IMG/VR virus record: IMGVR_UViG_3300033996_000365
DNA from: an uncultured virus (IMG/VR IMGVR_UViG_3300033996_000365)
Lineage: Duplodnaviria; Heunggongvirae; Uroviricota; Caudoviricetes
Direction: 5' to 3' (one strand)
Length of the DNA stretch: 64,000 bases
Within the stretch, counting starts at the first letter, position 1. Every line of letters begins with the position of its first letter. Positions 9,836-18,896 of this stretch are shown here, in pieces. Made by a program: the position numbers and the translations under genes. The notes below the pieces were generated by a model. That model was given only the letters and a program-made list of their open reading frames with translations, made no database searches and had not been told where the DNA came from.

Positions 9836-10134
9836 TCCAGATTCCTAAACTGTATATACACCGGCCGAACACTTCTCCCACTTCCCTTCAACCGCTTCAC
9901 CACCCCCAACTTCACCAGCCGCTCAATAATCTCACTTGTATTCCCCATCCCACCTTTTCCCCGTATCCGGCATATATCCCGGATCGACGGCCCAAAACCA
10001 TACCTCCGCCACCACTCATCTATCACCAAAAACACTTCCTTCTGCACCGGCGTCATCCCTACCTCCATACACTCCTCATACGTCCTCTCCCGCCGACGCA
10101 TTACCATTTCTCTATTTATCAAAACATCTGGCAT
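9832..10134 (-). CDS. LexA N-terminal-like winged-HTH protein without peptidase domain
   Basis: MTPVQKEVFLVI...GFGPSIRDIC...RLVKLGVVKR resembles the LexA DNA-binding domain; start uncertain. Confidence 0.7.
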   Translation of the reverse strand: MPDVLINREMVMRRRERTYEECMEVGMTPVQKEVFLVIDEWWRRYGFGPSIRDICRIRGKGGMGNTSEIIERLVKLGVVKRLKGSGRSVRPVYIQFRNLE

Positions 10135-10146
10135 AAAACTTGCTGT

Positions 10147-10162
10147 GTGTAAACGTTTACAC
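10147..10162. promoter_or_regulatory. palindromic operator candidate GTGTAAACGTTTACAC
   Basis: Perfect 16 bp palindrome upstream of HTH gene; 12 bp core repeated at 21947-21958. Confidence 0.55.
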
Positions 10163-10176
10163 TATCAAAATGGCAA

Positions 10177-10932
10177 CTATGGTTTTTCGCCAAAAATATC
10201 CCCCCGGGGGGTAGGCGTTTCTGGAGGCAAGGGGGGTGTTTCGCTGGGATCGGTTTCCATTTGGGAGGGTTCGAGTGGATTAGTATGTACATGCGCGCCG
10301 GAGTCCCGTTCTGCATTTGGGGGTGTACCCGTGGGGTGGGGTTCCGCTGCCGCCGAATCATCACCTGCCAATTCTGCTAGCAGTTCAGTCGCATCTACTT
10401 CTTGCGCGTCATTCGTGCCAAGCATCATGCCTTTCAGCTGGTCGAGTATCTGCGCGCGCAGTTCGCCGCTATCTTTGACGTGTTCGACGCGCTTGGTTTC
10501 CCTGAACGCATCGACGCCGACAAGCTGGCCGATGGAGCGCACCGCTTGCACCCTGGTTGCAGCCTTTTCCTCTGGGTTTGTTGCTATTTCGGCAAGTGTC
10601 GAAATGACTATTGATCTCAAGCCTGTAGCAGAATGCAGCGCAGCCAGCTCGTTAGCCCGTTCTATCCTGGCGATTTCCGCAGCGACTCTGGAATCAGCCT
10701 TAAGCCTACTAGCTGCATCGCCCGCTGTTTTAGGCTTTGCCTTGCTTGAGTATGCGAGCCTGTAAGCACCCGCGCCGGTATCACCCAATGCGATAGCTTC
10801 TGCAAACCGTTTCATTTTTGGAGTGAGTGAGCCTTTTGGCACTCTCATAGCCTGTTCTATTCCACCGCTTGCTTGTATGTGTGCTCTAACTGTTTTGCGA
10901 TTCATATCTTGCCGCTGTTCGCTTTCGCTCAC
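10177..10932 (-). CDS. terS: terminase small subunit
   Basis: LTPKMKRFAEAIALG...AYRLAY...ASRL N-terminal pattern; upstream of terL. Confidence 0.7.
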   Translation of the reverse strand: MSESEQRQDMNRKTVRAHIQASGGIEQAMRVPKGSLTPKMKRFAEAIALGDTGAGAYRLAYSSKAKPKTAGDAASRLKADSRVAAEIARIERANELAALHSATGLRSIVISTLAEIATNPEEKAATRVQAVRSIGQLVGVDAFRETKRVEHVKDSGELRAQILDQLKGMMLGTNDAQEVDATELLAELAGDDSAAAEPHPTGTPPNAERDSGAHVHTNPLEPSQMETDPSETPPLPPETPTPRGDIFGEKP

Positions 10933-11162
10933 TACTCACCGCCGCCCAGGTTGACCCGCAGCCGCGCCCTATTGCCGCGCACAATACAGGAACAAACGCG
11001 GAATAGTCAACGCCTATTGAATCGACTCGACTAATTGCAATGCTATCGATATCGCAAACCCGATAGAAAAATACATCCTCACTTTTCCCGCCTTGAATCG
11101 TCTTAACAGGTGGGAGCAATAATTTCCCGCCATTCACAACCTACGAGGACTGATTACTCATT

Positions 11163-11345
11163 ATGAATAACTACACCCGCCTACTAAGCAAACTCGACGC
11201 AACCAAGCAAGCAACCGACGATCAAGAAGCAATCCGCTTATCTAATTGCTACATCCTGATATGCGAGATTTTTCCCGAACTTGAAAATTCACTTGATGCG
11301 GTGCGCTTAGCCGATGCTGTAGTGAAAGCGATGTTCAAAGACTGA
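11163..11345 (+). CDS. early hypothetical protein
   Basis: First plus-strand ORF, GAGGA upstream. Confidence 0.5.
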   Translation: MNNYTRLLSKLDATKQATDDQEAIRLSNCYILICEIFPELENSLDAVRLADAVVKAMFKD

Positions 11346-11435
11346 CCCCGCCGCGCCGCCGGTACAGGTTATCGGCGGCTATCAATCCTCGCTTACTCAT
11401 TGAAAAATACAATGTAAAAACCTATTGCATTGCCC

Positions 11436-11463
11436 TTGACTTATGTATTGCATCGACTAATAT
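11436..11463 (+). promoter_or_regulatory. sigma70-like early promoter
   Basis: TTGACT-16-TAATAT with an A-rich upstream tract. Confidence 0.45.
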
Positions 11464-11502
11464 CACTCCCATGCGCTGCACCCAGTAGCGCGCTTCTGAG
11501 GG

Positions 11503-11715
11503 ATGACTATGAAAGTTTGCATTCAAGACTTGACCACCGGCAAAGCGTTAAACGTCACCGACCTGGTGATTGATACGTTGGAACTTGGTGAATCAGGTTA
11601 TTCCATGCTCAATGAAGAAAACCCGACTCTGTTAGCGCAAGCAATAGACATCGCCGCCGAAATCGCGCGCAACGAATTCGGACATGATGAAGTAGACGCA
11701 TATACCACCGCCTGA
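11503..11715 (+). CDS. early hypothetical protein
   Basis: GAGG SD; starts the small-gene array. Confidence 0.6.
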   Translation: MTMKVCIQDLTTGKALNVTDLVIDTLELGESGYSMLNEENPTLLAQAIDIAAEIARNEFGHDEVDAYTTA

Positions 11716-11726
11716 AAGGAACCGCC

Positions 11727-11912
11727 ATGCAAAAGCAAAAATTGACAAAAGAACAAAAAGCCGCCGTTGCGCGCTATGAATTTTGTTTGCGCGAAGAGGA
11801 TAGATATCTTGGCAGCGTATTTGCAAACGCTGTAGGACAGAAACGAGTTGAAGAAAATACGCGCCAAGCCTATGAAGCCGCTGCGCGGCTTGGCGTTTCC
11901 CACCTTTGCTAA
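11727..11912 (+). CDS. early hypothetical protein
   Basis: Preceded by leader A. Confidence 0.65.
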   Translation: MQKQKLTKEQKAAVARYEFCLREEDRYLGSVFANAVGQKRVEENTRQAYEAAARLGVSHLC

Positions 11913-11926
11913 TTGGAGCCGACACA

Positions 11927-12097
11927 ATGACATTTTTCCGCAACTACGAACGCGCCGAAGCAATCCGCAACGCCAACGCCGCCGCCGATCCTGATTGGCA
12001 GTACATTTTGAATTCTGTATCAGTCCGCAACGGAACCCGCCAAGCTTGGGTTATCGAAATTCGCGACGAAGATGGAATTCTGATCGGTAACTTATAA
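11927..12097 (+). CDS. early hypothetical protein
   Basis: ATG after GGAGCCGACACA. Confidence 0.6.
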   Translation: MTFFRNYERAEAIRNANAAADPDWQYILNSVSVRNGTRQAWVIEIRDEDGILIGNL

Positions 12098-12109
12098 GGA
12101 ACCGCGACC

Positions 12110-12193
12110 ATGCAAACCATTCTCGAGATGATTGTTGGCGCGCTCGGCGCGCTGATGCTATGGGCTTTTTTCTTTGCACTTTTTCTTTTCTGA
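12110..12193 (+). CDS. 27 aa transmembrane peptide
   Basis: MQTILEMIVGALGALMLWAFFFALFLF, flanked by leader A copies; read manually. Confidence 0.6.
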   Translation: MQTILEMIVGALGALMLWAFFFALFLF

Positions 12194-12205
12194 TCGGAAC
12201 CGACC

Positions 12206-12364
12206 ATGACCCGCGAACAATTGACAAATATTTATCTGACTTGGGTAAATGATTTTCTGACGATCGGCGGATTCGCCGACCATTTCGGACTGACTGACCG
12301 CGAGGCTGAAATGCTGTTAGCTGTTGCGCGCAGCGCATACGAAAACCCGCACCCTGACCAATAA
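12206..12364 (+). CDS. early hypothetical protein (52 aa)
   Basis: MTREQLTNIYLTWVNDFLT...; flanked by leader A copies; read manually. Confidence 0.65.
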   Translation: MTREQLTNIYLTWVNDFLTIGGFADHFGLTDREAEMLLAVARSAYENPHPDQ

Positions 12365-12375
12365 GGAAACCGACC

Positions 12376-12576
12376 ATGACCTACCGCGACACGATGCAAA
12401 CCTACCGCGACTATTCTGACCTGCCGCCAAACGCCGCTTATCTTGGTGGCAGTTATCCCGATGGCAGCATAGACCTATCGACCCTTGACGCGATTGACGA
12501 TGCGCTTGCGCCTGTATGCCTGATCGAATCAGACGGAACGCGCCATTATTTTGAAACCGCCATCGAATTAAATTGA
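12376..12576 (+). CDS. early hypothetical protein
   Basis: Preceded by leader A. Confidence 0.65.
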   Translation: MTYRDTMQTYRDYSDLPPNAAYLGGSYPDGSIDLSTLDAIDDALAPVCLIESDGTRHYFETAIELN

Positions 12577-12586
12577 AAGGCCGACC

Positions 12587-12853
12587 ATGCTAATTAACTA
12601 TCACGCGAAAAACGACCGTCAAGGCTGGCATTTTGTTTGCAGTTATCCGCTTGACTCCGACCAATGGGGCAAAACCGACCGCGCTTTTATCGACGAAATG
12701 CTGAAACACGGCCACCAGGTAATCACTTGCGGCTGGAATATGTGGGAAATCGCACCCGACAATTTACAGCAGCAGGAACCGCAGCAAACCCGACCAGCAG
12801 CACCCGCAACCACCCGCCCGATTAACTTCGGGCAGCAACCCCTCGACCTATAA
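12587..12853 (+). CDS. early hypothetical protein
   Basis: Preceded by leader A. Confidence 0.65.
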   Translation: MLINYHAKNDRQGWHFVCSYPLDSDQWGKTDRAFIDEMLKHGHQVITCGWNMWEIAPDNLQQQEPQQTRPAAPATTRPINFGQQPLDL

Positions 12854-12864
12854 GGAAACCGACC

Positions 12865-13122
12865 ATGCAAGCGATTCATACAAAGTATTTGACCGCAACG
12901 AACACTAAGCCGAGCCGGATTAAAGCCTACACAAACGCCGGACTGTCAGCGGTTATATCGTACCCGCACGAATTCGACGGACACAACGCGCATTATCAGG
13001 CCGTCAAGGAACTTGCCAAAAAACACGCGCTGACTTGGGATATCGACCGCATGACTTGGGGCGATAGTGCCGATGGCAGAGGATACGTTTTCTGTTTTTC
13101 TGATAGCAAGGTGACAACATGA
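12865..13122 (+). CDS. early hypothetical protein
   Basis: Preceded by leader A; MQAIHTKYL...TNTKPSRIKA. Confidence 0.7.
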   Translation: MQAIHTKYLTATNTKPSRIKAYTNAGLSAVISYPHEFDGHNAHYQAVKELAKKHALTWDIDRMTWGDSADGRGYVFCFSDSKVTT

Positions 13123-13361
13123 CCGACTACTGGAACCGACCGGTTTACAAAACCCAAGTACATACCGCGAACATCGCGCGCCAAATACTGAATTTGCCAT
13201 CGGGCAATCTGGCAACGCGCGCCGACCACCCGATACTGTATTTGCGACTATTGCCGGCATATCGCTGCGCGTATTCGCTCAGACTGCGGAAACAAATTGC
13301 GGACATTGTGCGCGACTCTAGGAAAGCCGGAACCTACAAACTCGAAAAGGTGAGCCCATGA
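13119..13361 (+). CDS. early hypothetical protein
   Basis: ATGA coupling at both ends. Confidence 0.55.
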   Translation: MTDYWNRPVYKTQVHTANIARQILNLPSGNLATRADHPILYLRLLPAYRCAYSLRLRKQIADIVRDSRKAGTYKLEKVSP

Positions 13362-13555
13362 AAATTACTATTCGCGTTGATAAAAATTATGGGATTGAAA
13401 CCGCTTACCCAGTTTGCGACCGCGCGCAATTGTTCGCGCGCATAGCAGGAACCAAGACCCTCACCCGCCATGCCTTGCGCGATATCGCCGCGCTCGGCAT
13501 TGAAATTGAAATCCAGCAAACCGCCCCGCGCACGTTCGCCCACTTGACCGCTTAA
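13358..13555 (+). CDS. early hypothetical protein
   Basis: ATGA coupling; YPVC...FARIAGTKTLT. Confidence 0.65.
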   Translation: MKITIRVDKNYGIETAYPVCDRAQLFARIAGTKTLTRHALRDIAALGIEIEIQQTAPRTFAHLTA

Positions 13556-13571
13556 TAGGAGATCCGACGAT

Positions 13572-13718
13572 ATGAAACGCCGCCAATATCTTGACGCGCT
13601 TCTGCGCCTAATGACCGCCGACGAAATCAGACGCAGCGCGCAGCATCCCAGCGCTTACATGAGCCCGACCCATATAGCGCTGCATTATGTCGCGCTCAGA
13701 AGATTGGGCGCTCTATAG
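13572..13718 (+). CDS. early hypothetical protein (48 aa)
   Basis: Preceded by leader B; read manually. Confidence 0.6.
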   Translation: MKRRQYLDALLRLMTADEIRRSAQHPSAYMSPTHIALHYVALRRLGAL

Positions 13719-13730
13719 AAGGTCAGACGC

Positions 13731-13759
13731 TTGACGCTGGCACAGGTCAAGCCTATGAT
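13731..13759 (+). promoter_or_regulatory. sigma70 promoter
   Basis: TTGACG-17-TATGAT in an intergenic gap. Confidence 0.7.
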
Positions 13760-13804
13760 GCAACACATGACAGCAGCACTACCCACCTACTAGGAGATCA
13801 GACG

Positions 13805-13987
13805 ATGAAGATTAAGACTTTCGACAATGGCAGCTACACCGTACTAGAGGGCGATAACGTGCGCCACTTCTGGACTGTCAAGGTCTATCGGCCAGACGGA
13901 AACCTACACGACAAGGTGAGATGCGATGACTACCGCAACGCGCTTGCCTACGCGCGCACCTTCAATCAGATAGCAAAGAACTTTTAA
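13805..13987 (+). CDS. early hypothetical protein
   Basis: Preceded by leader B. Confidence 0.7.
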   Translation: MKIKTFDNGSYTVLEGDNVRHFWTVKVYRPDGNLHDKVRCDDYRNALAYARTFNQIAKNF

Positions 13988-13999
13988 GGAGATCAGACG

Positions 14000-14176
14000 A
14001 TGAACACCGAACAACGATCATGCGCAAGAGCATACGCAAATGGCGCGCTTGACGCATACAACAGCGGTACTGACACCAACCCATACGATGGCGAAACAGA
14101 AGCCCTACGGCATCAAGCCTACGCAGAAGGATATGACTACGGAATTTTTCTGTATTGCCAAGACAACCCACAATAG
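14000..14176 (+). CDS. 58 aa protein, possibly Rmf/CrpP-like fold
   Basis: Between leader B copies; RAYANG...AYNSG...NPY...RHQAYAEGY; read manually. Confidence 0.5.
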   Translation: MNTEQRSCARAYANGALDAYNSGTDTNPYDGETEALRHQAYAEGYDYGIFLYCQDNPQ

Positions 14177-14187
14177 GAGATCAGACG

Positions 14188-14538
14188 ATGAAAACAGCAG
14201 AGTTATCAGGCGCAGCCCTTGATTGGGCGGTGGCAAGTATTGAATTGACCGGACACGACGATTACACGAATGTTTTGATGGTCACGGTAGGCGATGACAA
14301 CGACTGGAAATACACCCCATCAACCGACTGGGCGCAAGGCGGCGCGATCATTGAGCGCGAGTGCATCACGGTGGAGCACGCTGGTGTGTGGATTGGGCGC
14401 TGCTGGAAAGCCAGCGATGGCGATGAACAAATCGAAATCGAAGGAGCGACCCCGCTAATCGCCGCGATGCGCTGCTACGTTGCCAGCAAACTCGGCGACG
14501 AGGTTGAAATACCCGATGAACTATTTAATCACGCTTAA
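14188..14538 (+). CDS. DUF2591/NinX-like protein
   Basis: MKTAELSGAALDWAVA, PSTDWAQGGAIIERE, TPLIAAMRCYVASKLGDEVEIP. Confidence 0.75.
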   Translation: MKTAELSGAALDWAVASIELTGHDDYTNVLMVTVGDDNDWKYTPSTDWAQGGAIIERECITVEHAGVWIGRCWKASDGDEQIEIEGATPLIAAMRCYVASKLGDEVEIPDELFNHA

Positions 14539-14552
14539 TAGGAGATCAGACG

Positions 14553-14729
14553 ATGACAGCAAGCCAATTAATCCAAATGCTGACAAAGCTGCCACCCGAT
14601 ACCGTCATTCTTGGATGGATAGACGGTGGCACAATCCGGCCGCACGAACTTGAAGACCTTGCCTATTGCGCGCATTCAAATACTGCGCTCATAGATTTTC
14701 TAAACTCAGATGAATACGCCGCCAGCTAG
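14553..14729 (+). CDS. early hypothetical protein (58 aa)
   Basis: Between leader B copies; MTASQLIQMLTKLPPD; read manually. Confidence 0.65.
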   Translation: MTASQLIQMLTKLPPDTVILGWIDGGTIRPHELEDLAYCAHSNTALIDFLNSDEYAAS

Positions 14730-14740
14730 GAGAACAGACG

Positions 14741-14986
14741 ATGAACACACTACGCGAAACCGCAGAAACATTTGCCCTGAATCAATGGCTATCCGACTAT
14801 CCGACGAATATGTCATACGACGAAATCATCGCAGAGATTGAATCAGACGACTATCTTGACCATGACATTGTCATTTGGGAGCCAATCGAACATTACTCTG
14901 GCGCAAATATTGCCGACATAATCGACGACAGCCGCCGCGCTTTTGAGCGATACGCCGCCGACCTGTTATCCTGCGCCCATGACTGA
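14741..14986 (+). CDS. early acidic hypothetical protein
   Basis: Preceded by leader B. Confidence 0.65.
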   Translation: MNTLRETAETFALNQWLSDYPTNMSYDEIIAEIESDDYLDHDIVIWEPIEHYSGANIADIIDDSRRAFERYAADLLSCAHD

Positions 14987-15182
14987 CCACCGCAAGATGT
15001 TCACTTTGTACCTGATCGAATCAGACGATGGTTCGGTCAGGGTTGTGACCGACTACTCCGGCGATGGCGACCGCTGCCTAGCCCTGGGCGTTGAGATCAT
15101 GCAAGGCCTGGCAACGATTCAACCCTTCACGCATGGCGATCTGACACTAGCCATGCCAGCGCGCACCGATGTCGAGCATTGA
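14979..15182 (+). CDS. hypothetical protein
   Basis: ATG overlapping previous gene; converges on primase. Confidence 0.5.
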   Translation: MTDHRKMFTLYLIESDDGSVRVVTDYSGDGDRCLALGVEIMQGLATIQPFTHGDLTLAMPARTDVEH

Positions 15183-15992
15183 TTGAGTCAGGCTTTGCGA
15201 GAACGCGAACAGACCCACTCGGCGCATCGTGTCGTTGGCATCTTCACCTTCGAGATCAGACATCCAAACCGGCCAGCCGATATCTGCCGCCGCTTGCTGC
15301 CCTGTGCCGGACTTGTCGTTGTCCGCGATGACTAGGCCAGGCTCCAGCCCCTCGGCCACACGAACCATGTTCCCCGCCGAGAAGCAAACATGAATCGTGT
15401 ACCGCCGCTTCAGTTGCTTCATGGCCGCACGAACAGAGAGTGCAGTCGCATACCCCTCGCAAACAATGTTCAGACCCTTGTTGTCGAACGCAAAAGTGGC
15501 CCCGCTTGTGCGCTGGCCGTAAAGAAACTTCTTCGTGCCATCCTCCCATATCTGCTGCACTCCGCACAGGCTTTTGCCCAGCCGCATCGGGATCAGAAGA
15601 ACGCGCTTGTTCTCGATGTTCAGAACGCTGCCCTGCTCATCTGGAAACCCTTTCGCTTCGAGGTAGGCATGGGTACGGTAGCCGCTATCGTTGAGCATAC
15701 GCACCGCCTTGTTGGTCGCTTCAATCGCCAGCTTCTTACGCTCCTGCTCTGCCTTCGCCTGGCCGATAATGATCGCGCGCATATCTGTTGGTGCGTTGAT
15801 TGAGTCAGGCTTCCACAGCGATACGACGGTGCTGGTCGCATGGTTCTGCACGAATCCGTGGCTGCCCATGTACTTCACCGCGCCGTTGCGCTTCTTCGGG
15901 TGATCCTCTGTTGGGTAACGCTTCCACGATCCGACGGTTGGCAATTCGTTGATGATGATGCCGTGACTACGAGCAAATTGAATGAAGTCCAT
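15147..15992 (-). CDS. Toprim-domain primase-like protein
   Basis: VCEGYATALS and IADND...G...EDAND Toprim motifs; coupled to helicase. Confidence 0.8.
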   Translation of the reverse strand: MDFIQFARSHGIIINELPTVGSWKRYPTEDHPKKRNGAVKYMGSHGFVQNHATSTVVSLWKPDSINAPTDMRAIIIGQAKAEQERKKLAIEATNKAVRMLNDSGYRTHAYLEAKGFPDEQGSVLNIENKRVLLIPMRLGKSLCGVQQIWEDGTKKFLYGQRTSGATFAFDNKGLNIVCEGYATALSVRAAMKQLKRRYTIHVCFSAGNMVRVAEGLEPGLVIADNDKSGTGQQAAADIGWPVWMSDLEGEDANDTMRRVGLFAFSQSLTQSMLDIGARWHG

Positions 15993-17476
15993 TATCTTTT
16001 TCCAATGCTTTTCAAGAACTGACGCATTTTTTTATTGATAAACGCTTTGGTTTCGAGCGACACAATCTCCGGCCTATCGTCGATCAGACCCCTCGGCCAT
16101 ACGCCAAACTTATCTCGGTATGTGTGCGATGCTCTGCCCTTGCTCCACCCTTGATAACGCATCAACCAGACCATCTGATTCCAGAACTGTTGCTTCGATT
16201 CTTTTGGTGCGTTGCCCAACTCCTCTAGCTTGCCGTCAACTTCTTGCACAAGATTCTTGCGCTCACGAACGTAGCCGCAGTTATAACAAGCATCCGATCC
16301 AGACGGCCACAGCGCGCTGCAACGTGGACATTTGCTTTCTTTCTTGACGCGCTCGGTGGGTTCGCGCTTGGCCTTCTCCTTGCCATCTTCCAACCGCTTA
16401 ACCCCATCCTCATAAACCTCATCCCAGTCTTCACGGAAACGTAGATAGTTCCCACTATGATCGAGCCAAACAGCAAAAGGTTTTGATTCGGGATTAGTCT
16501 GATTCGCGCGCATCACGCGACCCATCTGCTGCACATGACTGCTAAACGACTTGGAGAACGGGCGCGCACTCACGCCGATCATAACGTGCTCGTTATCAAA
16601 TCCTTTGGTCAATATGTCGCACGCGATCAGACCTAAAATCTTTGAGTCAGGCTTGGCAAATTCTTCAATGACCTCGCGCTTCCAATCCTCGTCATCCTTG
16701 TAGGACAGACTGACAAAGTTATAACCGAGCGCTTGGAACTTAGCCGATAGGTCTGCACCATGCGCCACACCAGAAGCAAACACGATGGTCTTGCGCGGCT
16801 CACCAAATATCTCGCGGGTTTTCTTTGCCCACTCGGTCACAACGTCGCCCGTAATTTTCATGCCACGTTCAGACGCATCTGCTTGTGTCCACTCACCAGC
16901 AACTTTTTTCGCACCCTCCATGTCCACTTCTTTTGCGATGAACACGCGCAGCGGCACGAGCGAACCCTGCTCGACCAGCTTCTTTGTGGTGATAGGACTG
17001 ACGACGTTTGTGTATGTACCGCTTAGTCCTTTTGTGAACGGACTTGCTGACAATCCGACGACTTTGATGTGCGGATTGTTCTTGATGAACTCTATCGTTT
17101 GTTTGCGCTGGGCATGGCACTCATCCACGACCAGCAAGTCTAGTCCTGGAAAGTCGCCACGCTTTTCCAACGTCTGCGCGCTGCATACTTGGATGGGTTC
17201 ATACGGTTTGTACCGCCAATGACCAGCTTGCATCACGCCATGATCGACGCTGTACTTGTCTAGTCTGCGGCTTGTCTGATCGCACAGAACGATACGATCA
17301 AGAATCATCGCGGCTTTGCTTCCCTTTTTTCTTGCCGCTTCCAACATGGCGATGGCTATCTCTGTCTTGCCTGCGCCCGTCCCCATGTAAAGTAACTGTG
17401 ATCTGTGTCCTTTTGCAAAACCTTCTCGTAGTTTTTGAATAGCTTCTTCTTGATAGTCACGCAAATTGAGCGACAT
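15992..17476 (-). CDS. SF2 DExH helicase with C-terminal Zn ribbon
   Basis: LRDYQ, TGAGKT, VVDECH, GLSASP, QQMGRVMR, CPRC..CYNC; start at MSLNL with AAGGAG SD. Confidence 0.9.
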   Translation of the reverse strand: MSLNLRDYQEEAIQKLREGFAKGHRSQLLYMGTGAGKTEIAIAMLEAARKKGSKAAMILDRIVLCDQTSRRLDKYSVDHGVMQAGHWRYKPYEPIQVCSAQTLEKRGDFPGLDLLVVDECHAQRKQTIEFIKNNPHIKVVGLSASPFTKGLSGTYTNVVSPITTKKLVEQGSLVPLRVFIAKEVDMEGAKKVAGEWTQADASERGMKITGDVVTEWAKKTREIFGEPRKTIVFASGVAHGADLSAKFQALGYNFVSLSYKDDEDWKREVIEEFAKPDSKILGLIACDILTKGFDNEHVMIGVSARPFSKSFSSHVQQMGRVMRANQTNPESKPFAVWLDHSGNYLRFREDWDEVYEDGVKRLEDGKEKAKREPTERVKKESKCPRCSALWPSGSDACYNCGYVRERKNLVQEVDGKLEELGNAPKESKQQFWNQMVWLMRYQGWSKGRASHTYRDKFGVWPRGLIDDRPEIVSLETKAFINKKMRQFLKSIGKR

Positions 17477-17514
17477 AACTCTCCTTAACTGCCAGCACAC
17501 CCGCTGGCTTGGGT

Positions 17515-18111
17515 TCAACCCCACTGGGTTGCCATCGCTTCTGCAATTCCTTCGTAAGTTTTACTTCTTAGTTTCCAACGATCAGCAGATGGGGTAAGTT
17601 TGTTTTGCCCGCTGTCGGTTTGATTTCCCCATCGCTTCTTGCCGTTGATGATGCGCGGTTTAATTATCTCTGTTGCTTTTAGCTGCGGCAAATTTTTTAA
17701 CCACAAACAAGTCTTCTTACTAGCGTCATGCCCGAACTCGTAAGGTGCAATGATCTGATCTGGCTTGCGTATGCGAGAGCTGATTACGCTCACCGGATTT
17801 TCTAAAGCAATCTGTTTGATCGGCGCGTTCAACAACAAGCGAACAAACTCCAGTGCATCCTCAGTTAGTTGCGGGTCGCGCAATCCACGAACAGTCCAGT
17901 GCATACCAGACACAGATAGATAGGTACATGGCGGATGGGCAATCATCAAATCCCACCCATCACCAAGCACATCCTTGACATCGCCTTCGTAGTGATCACC
18001 TGGTGTCTGGCTGGTGCATGGAAGTAGGTCACACGACAGAGCGTAATGACCGCGCTTCAGAAAAGCATCGCGCACCGTGCCAGAGAACTCGCAAGCAACT
18101 AAGACTCTCAT
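17515..18111 (-). CDS. short C5-cytosine DNA methyltransferase-like protein
   Basis: MRVLVACEFSG, AHPPCTY catalytic PC, ALENP motif. Confidence 0.75.
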   Translation of the reverse strand: MRVLVACEFSGTVRDAFLKRGHYALSCDLLPCTSQTPGDHYEGDVKDVLGDGWDLMIAHPPCTYLSVSGMHWTVRGLRDPQLTEDALEFVRLLLNAPIKQIALENPVSVISSRIRKPDQIIAPYEFGHDASKKTCLWLKNLPQLKATEIIKPRIINGKKRWGNQTDSGQNKLTPSADRWKLRSKTYEGIAEAMATQWG

Positions 18112-18896
18112 GCCTCTAGCTTTTTCAACTTCTTCAGCAACGATTGAACCTGCTTCTTGAGTTCACCGTTCTCACGCTGATACATGTCACGACTGGCAGT
18201 GACTTCTTTTAATTCTATCTCGGCAGCCCGTAGTTGTGCGCGCAAATCTTTGATGACTGACTCTGCTTTTTCTTTCTGTATGTCATCCGTACTTGCAGCC
18301 ATTGCAACGGCCAGCTTGTCCTGCAAGTTTTCGTTCTCTTCACGCAACTGATTCACCGCCGCCTGCATGGTCTCGCGCTGTAGCTCCCGCTCGTCAAACT
18401 CGGCCACAGGATCAGCAGGCTTCTGCTGCTTTGGCTGGCGTGGTTCTTGCTTTTTGTAAACGTTGCCACTCTTCAGCTCTTTGCGTAGCTGTCCAACGTA
18501 GGTATGCGACACGCCGCAAATCTGGGCAATCTGTCGGTCAGACATATCCTGCCACTCGATATCCATCAGGATAGTGATCACGCCCTTACGTTTATCCTCG
18601 TTGCTTGGCCGCTTGCCGTGCTTGTTGTTGGCGCTGATGCCAAACAACACTGCGTCGCGCACCGTGCCGTCGCGTTGGTCAGTCTGGATACCCGGCGCTT
18701 TGATCCGCTTGCGTGCTAGGTAACGGTGGAAACCGTCGGAAAGCCAATAGTCAGTACCGTCGTAAAACACTACAACTGGCGGAAATTCGACACCCGCCTG
18801 CATCATCTCCGCATACTCGGCAACTAGGTTGTCGTCGATCTTGACCCGTGATTGTGTGCCACCATCAAGCCGGATCTTTTCTAAACTTAGATTCAT
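18108..18896 (-). CDS. ParB/Srx-like N-terminal domain, HTH and coiled-coil protein
   Basis: FPPVVVF...LSDGFHRYLA; MSDRQIAQICGVSHTYV. Confidence 0.75.
   Translation of the reverse strand: MNLSLEKIRLDGGTQSRVKIDDNLVAEYAEMMQAGVEFPPVVVFYDGTDYWLSDGFHRYLARKRIKAPGIQTDQRDGTVRDAVLFGISANNKHGKRPSNEDKRKGVITILMDIEWQDMSDRQIAQICGVSHTYVGQLRKELKSGNVYKKQEPRQPKQQKPADPVAEFDERELQRETMQAAVNQLREENENLQDKLAVAMAASTDDIQKEKAESVIKDLRAQLRAAEIELKEVTASRDMYQRENGELKKQVQSLLKKLKKLEA

Larger units (their letters stand above)
11715..12867 (+). repeat. repeated start-associated leader family A, consensus TAAGGAAACCGACC-ATG
   Basis: Copies at about 11715, 11913 (degenerate), 12095, 12195, 12362, 12575, 12851. Confidence 0.8.
13553..14743 (+). 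repeat. repeated start-associated leader family B, consensus TAGGAGATCAGACG-ATG
   Basis: Copies at 13553 (variant), 13791, 13985, 14174, 14536, 14727 (variant). Confidence 0.9.

Noticed and set aside
9536..10765. 409 aa plus-strand ORF and other long antisense ORFs (e.g. 2238-2981, 31063-31938, 58859-59611)
   Set aside because: Shadows of well-supported opposite-strand genes, with no SD or recognisable motifs
11715..14743. CRISPR array or integron attC array
   Set aside because: Repeats are 14-20 bp, non-palindromic, contain SD and ATG, and are separated by whole ORFs of variable length; no cas operon or integrase
18108..18896. Plasmid-prophage partition system
   Set aside because: ParB-like domain only; no ParA, parS array or Rep protein recognised
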